Below are positions 18,013 through 28,186 of a DNA stretch of 64,000 nucleotides, one piece after another. This stretch comes from Candidatus Saccharimonadota bacterium (GTDB taxonomy: Bacteria > Patescibacteriota > Saccharimonadia > Saccharimonadales > SZUA-47), in the NCBI GenBank assembly GCA_016700315.1, contig CP065013.1, positions 774,727 to 838,726 of the forward strand, written 5' to 3'. Position 1 is the stretch's first letter. Each line of letters begins with the position of its first letter. The notes beneath the pieces are model-generated. The model ran no database searches, was not told the origin of the DNA, and was given only the letters and a program-made list of their open reading frames with translations. The translations under genes and the position numbers were made by a program.

Positions 18013-18040
18013 GTGTTGTTATGTCGAGCTGGGGTTAATA
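18013..18040 (+). promoter_or_regulatory. second copy of the conserved motif, oriented toward rmuC
   Basis: GTGTTGTTATGTCGAGCTGGGGTTAATA; forms a 12-bp inverted repeat with the rarA copy 145 bp away. Confidence 0.4.
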
Positions 18041-18202
18041 GTAAGTGTTACGCGCGTGGGCATTTTCAGCAGCTTGCCAAAAAATCTAATTTTTTTAAAA
18101 CTATTAACCAAAAATAAATATCAAGGTAAGTTGTGAAAAATCAAAGATTGTGCAGTTTGCCAGATAAATATTGCGCACCATTTCTTAGATTGAGGTACAA
18201 TA

Positions 18203-19264
18203 GTGCTTATGAATGAGGTGAGTTATGTTTTTTTGGCGATTGTTGGGCTGCTACTTACTTGGCTGATTGCTAGAACCTACCGCACAAAAGATAGTAGCTC
18301 TAGTCAGATGCTACAGCAGAACATACTGCATCTGACAGATAATGTGACAAAGCTGAAAGATCAGCTACAGTCTCAGCTAGATACAAAACTTGATAAAAAC
18401 CAACGTAGTATGAGTGAGCAGCTGGCGGCTAGTGCCAAATTGATCGGCAATGTAACCGAAAGGCTGACTCGGTTAGATGATACAAATAAGCGAGTGGTCG
18501 ATGTTGCGGACGAACTAAAAGTGCTGAAGAATGTGCTACAGAATCCGAAGCAGCGCGGCGTACTCGGCGAGTTTTACCTCGATCAGATTTTGCAGAACTT
18601 GCTGCCACCAAATAGCTACAGCCTGCAATATAAACTGACCGAAGGCATGGTCGTTGACGCTGTGATTCATCTAGATGGCAAGATGTTGCCGATTGATAGC
18701 AAGTTTTCGCTAGAAAACTATAATCGACTAATTGATGCCGAAGGGGAACAGCGCGAGGCTTTGGAAAAGACCTTCAAAGAAGATTTAAAACGCCGAATTG
18801 ATGAAACTAGCAAATACATTCAGACCAAAAAAGGTACGCTCGACCAAGCTTTAATGTTTATCCCTAGCGAGGCGATCTATTACGATCTTTTGGCAAACAA
18901 AGTTGGTGCGGCTGGGGTAAATGGTCGTGATTTGATGCAGTACGCAGCAGTAGAGAAAAGAGTCGTCATTGTCGGTCCGAGCACTCTTAGCGCCATGATC
19001 CAGGTGATTGTTCAGGGCCTAAGAAGTCTCGAAATCCAGAAAGACACAGAAGTAATTAGAAAAAACATAGAGCAACTTCAAAAACATCTACTAGCTTATG
19101 ATGCTCATTTCAAAAAGGTCGGTAATTCGCTAGGTGCAACAGTCGGGCACTATAACAATGCCTCAAAAGAATTAGGCAAGATCGACAAAACGATAGTCAA
19201 AATTGGTGGTGGTGAGAGTGTTTTGGAGAATGAGATTCTCGATAAGCCACTAGCTGATGAGTAA
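18203..19264 (+). CDS. rmuC: DNA recombination protein RmuC
   Basis: N-terminal TM helix, long coiled coil and C-terminal RmuC-like nuclease region. Confidence 0.75.
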   Translation: MLMNEVSYVFLAIVGLLLTWLIARTYRTKDSSSSQMLQQNILHLTDNVTKLKDQLQSQLDTKLDKNQRSMSEQLAASAKLIGNVTERLTRLDDTNKRVVDVADELKVLKNVLQNPKQRGVLGEFYLDQILQNLLPPNSYSLQYKLTEGMVVDAVIHLDGKMLPIDSKFSLENYNRLIDAEGEQREALEKTFKEDLKRRIDETSKYIQTKKGTLDQALMFIPSEAIYYDLLANKVGAAGVNGRDLMQYAAVEKRVVIVGPSTLSAMIQVIVQGLRSLEIQKDTEVIRKNIEQLQKHLLAYDAHFKKVGNSLGATVGHYNNASKELGKIDKTIVKIGGGESVLENEILDKPLADE

Positions 19265-19332
19265 ACTAGGTAGAGGTTCTATCTATAACCTAATCCATGG
19301 TATGATTTTAAGCATAAGAGGGAGATTATTTT

Positions 19333-19902
19333 ATGGACAATGTTGCGAATGAACCAGCAAAAACAGAGAACCAAAGCACGCAAATCGTCTACAAAGAAAA
19401 GAATAAACTAAGCAACATCTTTACAAGAAGTTTACTCAGTTTACTCTTAGTGTTGTGCGGAATAGCTATAGTCTGGCAAATGCTCCAGAGTCGGACAAAA
19501 AATAACGAGATAAAGACGGCTAAGGAACAATTGTCGCAGTTGGAGAAAGATAAAAACCTCGTTCAAAATCAAGTTTCTGATCTCAAAGATAAGGTAAAAA
19601 ACTTAACCGCTGCGCCTGCTCCAGATACAAAATCTGATGATGAATCAATAAAGGATGCTGCGAGGGCTTATGTTCGAGCTGTAACTGCCACTCAAAATGA
19701 TGCCAATTTTACTTATACAATTATGAAAAAGGAATCTGATTTCGCAAGAGTTAACGTCGGCGTGCCAGAAGGCGGCGGCTATGCTATGGTGCTGAAAAAG
19801 TCCAACAGCCTATGGGTACGTGTCTATGAAGGGCAGGGGAACCCTAGCCAAGCCGACATTAGCAAATTTTCTATTCCGGCTGGTCTGTTTCCAACCAATT
19901 AA
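19333..19902 (+). CDS. membrane-anchored coiled-coil hypothetical protein
   Basis: Single TM helix LLSLLLVLCGIAIVW followed by coiled-coil region. Confidence 0.5.
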   Translation: MDNVANEPAKTENQSTQIVYKEKNKLSNIFTRSLLSLLLVLCGIAIVWQMLQSRTKNNEIKTAKEQLSQLEKDKNLVQNQVSDLKDKVKNLTAAPAPDTKSDDESIKDAARAYVRAVTATQNDANFTYTIMKKESDFARVNVGVPEGGGYAMVLKKSNSLWVRVYEGQGNPSQADISKFSIPAGLFPTN

Positions 19903-21224
19903 TCTTTGTTGTTTAGTAGATCGATGGTAAGAGCTGCTGTCCAGCTAAAATTTTCGGCCCCGGCGGGCTTACCCGAGTGCGCCGAAAAGTATTCACTTGG
20001 GCCATGATTTTTGACAAGGCTTAGAGTGTGTTCAGATAGTTCTCGCGCCTCCTCAGTCATGTCGTAGCGTTTTAGCCCGTCAATGATAAGCCAGTTAGTA
20101 TTTACCCAGGTTGGACCTTGCCAATAGCCGAGTTCTCGAAAGGCGTGGCTGCTAAACGGTACTGACGGTACAGGGTATTTGCCCCAGTAATCCTTATTAT
20201 TTTTTAGCATTTTGACTAAAATCTTGGCGCGTTCTGGTTCAATACAGCCAGCATAAAGAGGCATGAAAGTGGCTATTGAAGGCTCTTTGATGAGTTTATG
20301 TGTGACGAAGTTTCGGCTGTAGAATTGGCCAGTATATGGATCCCAAAGCTTCTCGTTTATATGTTCGCGGCCTTTATGAACCCGCTCATGCAGCCACTGC
20401 GGAATCTCGTGTCCAATAGTCTTGGAGATCGTTTTTAGGTGGCTATGGGCTCTGATCAGTATGCAGTTGAAGGTTAGGTCCTGTACGGCGAAGTCAGATT
20501 TGTTTAGTATGCCTTCTATATCCCAATTCTTACGCCTAAGCCGTCGAATGACGTTGTAATACAGCAGAGCGTCCATGTTACTAATGCGTTGGCCAGGGGG
20601 AGAGTGTTTGGTGTCGCGGCGAAATAGATTTACTAATCGATCTAAGTGAAGTTTCTGAAAACCGCTAGCCCACCATGGAGTTTGATGCATGTGAAGTTCG
20701 TGCATCCAGGGTGGTGTGTTGTCTAGGCCGGATTCCCACGGGTGTATCAGGAGAACTAACCCCTCTTCGTGCGGGTCTCGTTCGCGGTACAACCATTCGT
20801 GGTATGCCAGAAGTGCCGGGAAAGTATCGAGGTACCATTGCCGCCGTGCTTCGGGTTCTAGCTTTTTACCAATCCTAACAATAGCCTCTGCAAGCATTGG
20901 CGGCTGGGTGATGCCGCTGGTTTTTTGGTCGTCGGGCGCATAAGGGCTACGCCAGCTTTTCCACATATCACGATCTTGTTTATGCTCGGCATGATCAGTA
21001 AAAATCATGTTTGGGATCATACCGTTGCCCCATTGTCCTCTCAACAAGCTCAAGATCTCTTTTTTGGCACGATCAAGGTCGTAGTTAGCGAGTCCTATTG
21101 CTGTAAAACAACTATCCCATAACCACTGATGCGGGTAAAAGTTTGGTGCGGGCATAGTGTACTCGCCGCTGTAGTTGTCGGAGAGTACTTTTTTACATTT
21201 TTCTAGCAGTTCTTTATTGTCCAC
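19899..21224 (-). CDS. six-hairpin (alpha/alpha)6 glycoside hydrolase (GH63/MGH1-like glucosidase)
   Basis: YPHQWLWDSCF and WESGLDNTPPW motifs typical of GH63/mannosylglycerate-hydrolase-like enzymes. Confidence 0.6.
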   Translation of the reverse strand: MDNKELLEKCKKVLSDNYSGEYTMPAPNFYPHQWLWDSCFTAIGLANYDLDRAKKEILSLLRGQWGNGMIPNMIFTDHAEHKQDRDMWKSWRSPYAPDDQKTSGITQPPMLAEAIVRIGKKLEPEARRQWYLDTFPALLAYHEWLYRERDPHEEGLVLLIHPWESGLDNTPPWMHELHMHQTPWWASGFQKLHLDRLVNLFRRDTKHSPPGQRISNMDALLYYNVIRRLRRKNWDIEGILNKSDFAVQDLTFNCILIRAHSHLKTISKTIGHEIPQWLHERVHKGREHINEKLWDPYTGQFYSRNFVTHKLIKEPSIATFMPLYAGCIEPERAKILVKMLKNNKDYWGKYPVPSVPFSSHAFRELGYWQGPTWVNTNWLIIDGLKRYDMTEEARELSEHTLSLVKNHGPSEYFSAHSGKPAGAENFSWTAALTIDLLNNKD

Positions 21225-21263
21225 CTAGGAATTATAACGCTTCTGGTAGAATCATAGTATTTT

Positions 21264-21761
21264 CTAGCGGAAGTTTGTAAACGAAACAGGGAAGCCGAAG
21301 TTAGCTTCTCGCAGAAGCTGCATCGCTAGCTGTAGTTCGTCTTTTTTGGGGCTCATAATGCGAACTTCTTCGCCTTGAATCTGGGCTTTTACTTTTGGCA
21401 GTTTTTCACGAAGAAGATTTGTGATCTTTTTGGCTTTGTCTGCAGTGAGGCCTTTGACAAAGCTTACTTCCCAGCTCATTTTTAAGTTGCTAGTCACTGG
21501 TTCCTTAGAACTAGTATCAAAAGTTTTTTGGCTCAAGCCGCGCGAGGCAGCTTTTTTGCGGACCATATCGATAATTGAGTCTAGTTGAAACTGATTGTCA
21601 CCAGTAATTTTTAAACCCTGCTTGTCGTCCAGCCAGTCAATGCTAGCTGAAGTTCCTTTAAAATCATAACGACTGGAGATCTCGCGCTGAACTTGGTCGA
21701 AGACGTTGTTCATCTCGGCTTTGTCGTAATCACTAACACAGTCAAAACTAAATTGCGCCAT
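21264..21761 (-). CDS. yajQ: YajQ family (UPF0234) nucleotide/cyclic-di-GMP-binding protein
   Basis: MAQFSFDCVSDYDKAEMNNVFDQVQREISSRYDFKG N-terminus. Confidence 0.8.
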   Translation of the reverse strand: MAQFSFDCVSDYDKAEMNNVFDQVQREISSRYDFKGTSASIDWLDDKQGLKITGDNQFQLDSIIDMVRKKAASRGLSQKTFDTSSKEPVTSNLKMSWEVSFVKGLTADKAKKITNLLREKLPKVKAQIQGEEVRIMSPKKDELQLAMQLLREANFGFPVSFTNFR

Positions 21762-21777
21762 AAGGATATTTTAGCAG

Positions 21778-22353
21778 CTAGTTTGCTATTTCGTCACACC
21801 AATACAATCTAACGCCTGGAAAATACGCGTATGCCTTCGGCGAAGAATCTGTTAGCTCCGGTGTGAGTGGTGGGCAGAAGTTCATGCCGAGCCAAAAACC
21901 GTCATATTCGGGATTAGCAAGGCGGTCAAAAAGTTCTGGATCCCTATCTTTACCAAATATCGGATTTTCCTTAACCTCCGCAGACATGGTTTGGCTGTCT
22001 AGAATCCGATATGGCCAAACGGCCAGTGGAGGCATATTATTTAAGATTATCTCTTGATCAGAGCTTGTAGGTGATTTGGGCACGACCTTTAGGAAGTTAC
22101 CGGCAAATCTTATTGGTGAGGGTGCATACCTTGTTGTAAAATCCGTCTCAAAAGCTATTTGCTTTAAGACGCATCTGTCTAATATCTTTGTAAAAAAATT
22201 AATGAAACAGTCTTTTTGAACTTCCGAAGTATGAGGCTCGCCTGCCGGAAAATTGTGAGCAAAATCTAGGATATGGGTATCAATAGCTGTTAATAGCTGC
22301 TCAGGATAAAATCCCGGGTTCCACCCACTCGTTCCGTATAGTTCCTTAAACAT
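21778..22353 (-). CDS. hypothetical protein
   Basis: 191-aa ORF, no recognisable motif. Confidence 0.45.
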   Translation of the reverse strand: MFKELYGTSGWNPGFYPEQLLTAIDTHILDFAHNFPAGEPHTSEVQKDCFINFFTKILDRCVLKQIAFETDFTTRYAPSPIRFAGNFLKVVPKSPTSSDQEIILNNMPPLAVWPYRILDSQTMSAEVKENPIFGKDRDPELFDRLANPEYDGFWLGMNFCPPLTPELTDSSPKAYAYFPGVRLYWCDEIAN

Positions 22354-22419
22354 GTTTTTTTAGGATACTACACCCTTTGTAAAAATCATAAGGGCCATGC
22401 TTATTTTGTACGCTATCTG

Positions 22420-23451
22420 TTGTACAATAAAACTATGAACGAGTTAGACCAAAAACTAGTGCAAGAGTTGAGAGTACGTGCTGAGGCAGGTGAGAACGTC
22501 CTTCGTTCTGATGAATTTAGAGCACTCTTCGATGTTATCAAGACTCTGCCAGCAGAACAAAAGGCCGCTTACGGCGAAGCAGTCAATGAGCTTCGAGCAG
22601 AACTGGAGCAACTTTCACGTAGCACCGAGCCCGCTAACCAGGTTCCAGACAAAGGCGCTCTGGATGTAACTGCGCCGATGTCGACTAATCACGGAGCGCC
22701 ACAACTACTGAATACTGAAAATGGTTCGCAGCACCCTATAACAACTGAGCTTGAACGCGCATCAGATATCTTTGAGCTAATGGGCTTCGAGATTGTGGAA
22801 AGCCGCCAGATTGACGACGACTATCACATGTTCGAGACGCTGAACTTTCCGGCGGACCACCCAGCTCGTGATGACTACGATACGTTTATGACAGAAGAGG
22901 GGTTAATCGCTCCAGCGCATACTAGCACAATGCAAAACCGAGTGATAAAAGAGCGTCTCAAAAATCTTGAAAACGGTGAGCCGATTGCTGTAATGGTCGC
23001 CGGTAGAGTCTTCCGAAACGAAGATCTTGATGCTCGGCATGAACATACATTTCATCAGATCGAGGGTGTTTATGTTGGAAAAAACGTGACTGTCGGCAAT
23101 CTTATTGCGACACTGAAGACTTTTCTGGAGAGTTATTACGAGCAAGAACTAAAGACCAGAATCACACCGTTTTACTTCCCGTTTACTGAACCAAGCTTTG
23201 AATTTTCGCTTAGCTGCCCGTTTTGTAAGGGTGAAGGGTGCCATATCTGTAGTCAAGAGGGCTGGATTGAGCTACTCGGCTGCGGTATGATCCACCCAAA
23301 TGTACTTAAAGAAGCGGGTGTTGACCCAGAAGTTTACACTGGCTTTGCCTGGGGAATGGGAGTTGAAAGGTTAGTGATGATGAAGTATGACATAGATGAC
23401 ATCAGGCATTTTAACAGTGGTAAGTTGGCATTTTTGAGGCAGTTTAGATAA
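22420..23451 (+). CDS. pheS: phenylalanine--tRNA ligase alpha subunit
   Basis: Class II aaRS motifs (FRNEDLDARHEHTFHQIEG, GFAWGMGVERL). Confidence 0.9.
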   Translation: MYNKTMNELDQKLVQELRVRAEAGENVLRSDEFRALFDVIKTLPAEQKAAYGEAVNELRAELEQLSRSTEPANQVPDKGALDVTAPMSTNHGAPQLLNTENGSQHPITTELERASDIFELMGFEIVESRQIDDDYHMFETLNFPADHPARDDYDTFMTEEGLIAPAHTSTMQNRVIKERLKNLENGEPIAVMVAGRVFRNEDLDARHEHTFHQIEGVYVGKNVTVGNLIATLKTFLESYYEQELKTRITPFYFPFTEPSFEFSLSCPFCKGEGCHICSQEGWIELLGCGMIHPNVLKEAGVDPEVYTGFAWGMGVERLVMMKYDIDDIRHFNSGKLAFLRQFR

Positions 23452-23472
23452 CCGATTAAGGATTAAAGATTA

Positions 23473-24213
23473 ATGATTGTGGAAGAGAGCTCCGTAGCTA
23501 ACCAACAAATTGATATTCCTTGTGTTGGCTATGATGTGAAAGCTGACTTCTACGAAGGCGACGCCGACATTGCAGTAATGATTTATATTGGCTTTACATC
23601 GAATAAGTCTAGGTACAAGGCGCTAGCCGGCTTGCTAAACGAGCAACTAGGCGCTTCGGTTTTGGTGCTTGATTACAGTGGCCATGGCGCAAGTCCGTTC
23701 GATATTGATGATGTTTGTCCGGCTCAAAACTTCCTTGAGTCGATCACGGCCTTTGACTTGCTAAAGGCAAAGTATCCGAAGCGTCAGATGTTTGTTATTG
23801 GTACAAGCTATGGCGGATTTATGGCGACCCAGCTCACCAAATACCGTGAGTTTGATAAGTTAGTGCTGCGAGTGCCGGCACTATACAAGCCGCATGACTT
23901 TTATACTAAGTGGGGCGAATATGATTCAATCGAAACAAGACACGATTACAGACTTAACGCCAAGGATCTTGGATCTCACCCACTGCTAAAAAGGGCAGCC
24001 GATTTTAAGGGCAAGACGCTGGTTGTGACACATGAACTAGACACGATCTGTCCGCCGAACTCAACGGCCCCTTTTATTAAGGCTTTCCGGGCTGATCATT
24101 GGGTGGAGACTGGCTTGGGGCATTCATTCCGCGAAAGTGGTGTCACTAAGGCTCAGGCCGAAAAATATTACAATAAAATAATTGATTGGTTAAAAAATGA
24201 AAAAAGCAATTAG
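23473..24213 (+). CDS. alpha/beta hydrolase (esterase/lipase-like)
   Basis: GTSYGG nucleophile elbow, HG oxyanion region. Confidence 0.65.
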   Translation: MIVEESSVANQQIDIPCVGYDVKADFYEGDADIAVMIYIGFTSNKSRYKALAGLLNEQLGASVLVLDYSGHGASPFDIDDVCPAQNFLESITAFDLLKAKYPKRQMFVIGTSYGGFMATQLTKYREFDKLVLRVPALYKPHDFYTKWGEYDSIETRHDYRLNAKDLGSHPLLKRAADFKGKTLVVTHELDTICPPNSTAPFIKAFRADHWVETGLGHSFRESGVTKAQAEKYYNKIIDWLKNEKSN

Positions 24214-24586
24214 TAGCGTTCATGCTCCAAGGTCGACCGATATTTATTCACAAGCTATTGAGTCAAATGGTTTTGTCTTTGTTTCGGGGCAAATTCATAT
24301 GACGACTGAGGGTGTAGTGGTTGAGGCTAGTGTCGAGGGAAAGCTGGAGCAAATTATGGACAACATCACGGCAATACTAAAAGAAGCCGGTCTAAAACTA
24401 GACAACATAGTAAAAATCACAGTTTATCTCACAAGCATCGATGATGCTAAAGAGTTCAATGCAGCTTACGGAAGGTATTTTGTCCAGCCGTTGCCAGCAC
24501 GTGAACTGATTTGTGTGCAGGCCCTACCTCGTGGTGCAACAATTGAGCTGAGCGTCATAGCGGCTAGGAGCACTAAGAGTGAATAA
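24197..24586 (+). CDS. ridA: RidA/YjgF family reactive-intermediate deaminase
   Basis: Size and conserved C-terminal region of the YjgF fold. Confidence 0.75.
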   Translation: MKKAISSVHAPRSTDIYSQAIESNGFVFVSGQIHMTTEGVVVEASVEGKLEQIMDNITAILKEAGLKLDNIVKITVYLTSIDDAKEFNAAYGRYFVQPLPARELICVQALPRGATIELSVIAARSTKSE

Positions 24587-25013
24587 GCTGAACGAAAATA
24601 AATATTGTACGCTTTCAACAGTTTGCGAAGACGGTCAACCTTGGGGTAGTCCTGTCTTTTTTGTGGCTGACGAGGCGGGGAATATATATTGGTGGTCCCC
24701 TGTAAAATCAGTTCATTCCATTAACATAAGAAGAACAGGCACGGTTTTTGTGACAGTGTTTGATTCCAGTGTTCAAGAGGGTAAAGGGCAAGCTCTATAT
24801 ATGCAGTGTGAAGCAACTGAGCTCGAAAATGACGAGGCTGAAGAAGCCAGATTACTTTATAACAAAAAAGCTAAGTTTTTTAAGTTGGAAGCAAAAGATA
24901 TTTTGGGCGAAGCTCCTACTAGAATCTACTGCGCAAAGCCGAAGAAAAAATGGCGGAACGTAGACGCCGAAGAAAACGGCTATTTCATCGATGCTCGTGA
25001 GGAAGTAGAATAG
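24579..25013 (+). CDS. pyridoxamine 5'-phosphate oxidase-like FMN-binding split-barrel protein
   Basis: Weak similarity to general-stress-protein-26/PNPOx fold. Confidence 0.4.
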   Translation: MNKLNENKYCTLSTVCEDGQPWGSPVFFVADEAGNIYWWSPVKSVHSINIRRTGTVFVTVFDSSVQEGKGQALYMQCEATELENDEAEEARLLYNKKAKFFKLEAKDILGEAPTRIYCAKPKKKWRNVDAEENGYFIDAREEVE

Positions 25014-25017
25014 TATT

Positions 25018-27519
25018 ATGAAGTTCAGTCTAAACTTAGCGCAGTATTACTCGAATGTTGACCTCAAATCTTTCGATCGGGACGAGCTTATCGGTCGAAT
25101 TGGCGACAGGATCGGAGCGATTGAGCAAGTTGAGGAGCTTGCGCCTAAGTATGCAGGTGTAATAGTCGTCAAGGTGGTCAATTGCGAAAAACATTCTGAT
25201 GCTGACAAGCTAAGTGTTTGCAGAATTGATGATGATGGTGCTGCGCAGAATGTTGAACGCGACCAGCAGGGCCTTATAACAGTAGTTTGTGGTGCGCCAA
25301 ATGTTCGAGCGGGCTTACTTGTTGTATGGATCCCGCCGGGCGCAACAGTACCTTCTACGTATGACAAAGAGCCATTCGTGCTCGAGGCTCGGGCTATTCG
25401 CGGGATTGTCAGTAACGGTATGCTAGGAAGTCCTAGAGAGCTTGGCGTTAGCGAGGAGCATGGTGGCATTCTAGAGATAGAGGCAAGTGATGTAGGTGAG
25501 GAACTAGCAAGGCCTGGTACTGCATTTGTGAAGCTTTATGGCCTGGATGACTTTGTAGTTACCTGCGAAAACAAGATGTTTACTCATCGGCCAGACTGCT
25601 TTGGCAATCTTGGTATCGCTCGTGAGGTTAGCGGAATTTTTGATCAACAATTTAAATCACCAGATTGGTACGTAGAGCCAATCAGCCATGCCGTCGGCCC
25701 CAATCCAGTTGCAATTGAAGCCGTAAATCAAGTGCCTGAACTTGTGCCGAGATTTATGTGCCAAGCAGTTACAGGGCTTAGCGTACAGACCTCGCCAGTA
25801 TGGCTTCAGAGTTATTTGAATCGAATGGGAGTAAAGAGCATTAACAATGTTGTTGATTACTCAAACTATTTCATGCTGCTGACCGCTCAACCAACACATG
25901 CCTTCGACTACGATAAGCTCGTTAAGTTGACGGGCCAGTCAAAAATAACTCTTGGTCCGAGACTTGCTAAAAAAGGCGAAAAACTAGCACTTTTGAACGG
26001 CAAAACTGTTGAACTATCCGATAAAGACATGGTTATTGATGCTTGCGGAGTGCCTGTTGCGCTAGCGGGAGTTATGGGCGGTCAGCAGAGCGAAGTTGAC
26101 AGCACAACCAAGACAATAGTTATTGAATGCGCAACTTTTGACATGTACGCTGTGCGGCGTACCAGCATGCGGCATGGTTTGTTCACCGATGCCGTTACTC
26201 GCTACACCAAGAATCAAAGTCCTTTGCAGAATCCTCAGGTTTTGGCTAAGTTTGTTGATGAGCTTGTTCATTCGGTTGGTGGGGTGGTTGCCAGCGATGC
26301 CCTCGATATTTTTGATCAAGCAAAGCTGGATTCGGTACGTAAGTCTATTATGATCAGTCCTGATTTCGTAAATAGTCGTTTGGGCACAGAACTTACAAAA
26401 GAAGATATCGCCCAGATCCTGGCTAATGTTGAGTTTGACTGTACGTATCAGGATGAAAAAGTTATTATAAAATCCCCATTTTGGCGTACTGATATAGAAC
26501 TACCCGAGGATATTGTCGAAGAAGTTGGCAGGCTCTATGGTTTCAGTCGTTTGCCGTCAGGCTTACCACATCGATTAGCAAAGCCTGTGGGCCAAGACGC
26601 TTATTTGAAGCTAAAGACTAAGATTCGCCATATTCTAGCGCGAGCTGGTGCAAATGAGGTGCTCAGTTATAGTTTTGTGCATGGCAATCTGCTAAAAAAG
26701 GCCGGGCAAAAACCAGAAGACTCCTTCGCCATTCGTAATGCGCTCAGCCCGGATCTTCAGTATTATCGTCAAACTCTAACTCCGTCACTGCTCGAAAAAG
26801 TCCACCCAAATATCAAAGCTGGCAATGACGAGTTTGCTATTTACGAACTCAATAAAACCCATAACAAAGTTCATGGCAATGACGAGCAGGGGTTGCCGGG
26901 AGAACTAAACATGCTGGCTCTAGTTTTTGCCAGTAAAAATGGCAAATCTGACTATGCCTATTTTGAGGCCAAAAAATATCTCGAGTTTTTGGCTGAACAA
27001 CTTGGTTTCACGCTAGAGTTCAAAAAGGCAGAACAGGTGGAGTTTCCTGTCACAAAGCCGTTTGGCTTGTCTAGATCCAGTTATGTAAGTATCAAAGAGA
27101 CGGGTGATTTTCTGGGAATGGTAGGCTGTTTTCGCGATGAAGTGACTACTAACTTCAAGCTTCCGGCTTCGGCGGGGTTTGAGATTGGACCAGAAGTTTT
27201 TCTCGAAGCCTCAAGAAAATACAAAGGCAAGATCTACAGGCGATTGGGTAAATACCCATCGACTGAACAAGATCTAACACTTAGACTACCAGCAACCGTA
27301 GTTTACTCAGAACTAGAATCAAAAATCGAGGAAGCACTTAAATCGACAGGCTATGCCTGGACATTGGAACCAGTAAGTATTTTTCAAAAAGAACAAGAAC
27401 CTACAAAGAACTTTACTTTCAGGCTTACGCTAAGCCACAAAGATAGAACATTGACCACTATTGAGGCCAACCAATTACTTGATGATTTGACCCTGGCCGC
27501 GCAAGCTGAAAGAGTTTAA
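25018..27519 (+). CDS. pheT: phenylalanine--tRNA ligase beta subunit
   Basis: tRNA-binding, B3/B4, B5 and FDX-ACB domains in order; adjacent to pheS. Confidence 0.9.
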   Translation: MKFSLNLAQYYSNVDLKSFDRDELIGRIGDRIGAIEQVEELAPKYAGVIVVKVVNCEKHSDADKLSVCRIDDDGAAQNVERDQQGLITVVCGAPNVRAGLLVVWIPPGATVPSTYDKEPFVLEARAIRGIVSNGMLGSPRELGVSEEHGGILEIEASDVGEELARPGTAFVKLYGLDDFVVTCENKMFTHRPDCFGNLGIAREVSGIFDQQFKSPDWYVEPISHAVGPNPVAIEAVNQVPELVPRFMCQAVTGLSVQTSPVWLQSYLNRMGVKSINNVVDYSNYFMLLTAQPTHAFDYDKLVKLTGQSKITLGPRLAKKGEKLALLNGKTVELSDKDMVIDACGVPVALAGVMGGQQSEVDSTTKTIVIECATFDMYAVRRTSMRHGLFTDAVTRYTKNQSPLQNPQVLAKFVDELVHSVGGVVASDALDIFDQAKLDSVRKSIMISPDFVNSRLGTELTKEDIAQILANVEFDCTYQDEKVIIKSPFWRTDIELPEDIVEEVGRLYGFSRLPSGLPHRLAKPVGQDAYLKLKTKIRHILARAGANEVLSYSFVHGNLLKKAGQKPEDSFAIRNALSPDLQYYRQTLTPSLLEKVHPNIKAGNDEFAIYELNKTHNKVHGNDEQGLPGELNMLALVFASKNGKSDYAYFEAKKYLEFLAEQLGFTLEFKKAEQVEFPVTKPFGLSRSSYVSIKETGDFLGMVGCFRDEVTTNFKLPASAGFEIGPEVFLEASRKYKGKIYRRLGKYPSTEQDLTLRLPATVVYSELESKIEEALKSTGYAWTLEPVSIFQKEQEPTKNFTFRLTLSHKDRTLTTIEANQLLDDLTLAAQAERV

Positions 27520-28178
27520 AAGTCGATCACTTGTTCTTCATTGAGTAGGTAGTCTTCCATATGGCGATGGGCATTAGGTTTGCCAGAAGTTACTAATCTT
27601 AGGACAAAGTTGCCGCCATTCATCGAGCGTCGATAGTCATGTACTTTCAATGAGCTAGAACGAAACTTAGACATGACGTCGTCTAGGCCAACAAGGCTAG
27701 TTGCGGTGATGGTGTAGGTGCGTTCGCGCTTGAGGTGGTCTATCCAGTGCTCGAAGCCCGGTAGAGCAATAAGTGCGAACATAGCAATTATTGTTGCCAC
27801 AGCAGCAAGCGAAAAGTCACCCATACCTGACGCGATACCAATCCCGGCACCAACCCAGATCGTTGAAGATGTAGTGAGGCCTTTGATTGAGAAGCCGTCT
27901 TTAGCGATAGCTCCAGCACCGATAAAACCTATGCCAGCAATAATATAGCCGATGATTCTTGCAGGATCGCTACTGCCATGCATTGACGAGAGGTCGAGCG
28001 CCGAGATAGTGAACAAGGCTGTGCCCAGAGCGATTAATAGCTGTGTTCGAAAGCCAGCTGATTTATCGCGGTACTCACGCTCTAAGCCGATGATGCCGCC
28101 TAGGCCTGCGGCAACTAATAACCTCAATACTGCATCTGTGAATTCCATAAAGAGAATTATAGCACCATAATTACTCAT
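27516..28178 (-). CDS. MgtC/SapB family membrane protein
   Basis: N-terminal MgtC transmembrane domain plus C-terminal ACT-like soluble domain. Confidence 0.75.
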   Translation of the reverse strand: MSNYGAIILFMEFTDAVLRLLVAAGLGGIIGLEREYRDKSAGFRTQLLIALGTALFTISALDLSSMHGSSDPARIIGYIIAGIGFIGAGAIAKDGFSIKGLTTSSTIWVGAGIGIASGMGDFSLAAVATIIAMFALIALPGFEHWIDHLKRERTYTITATSLVGLDDVMSKFRSSSLKVHDYRRSMNGGNFVLRLVTSGKPNAHRHMEDYLLNEEQVIDF

Positions 28179-28186
28179 GCTTAAGC

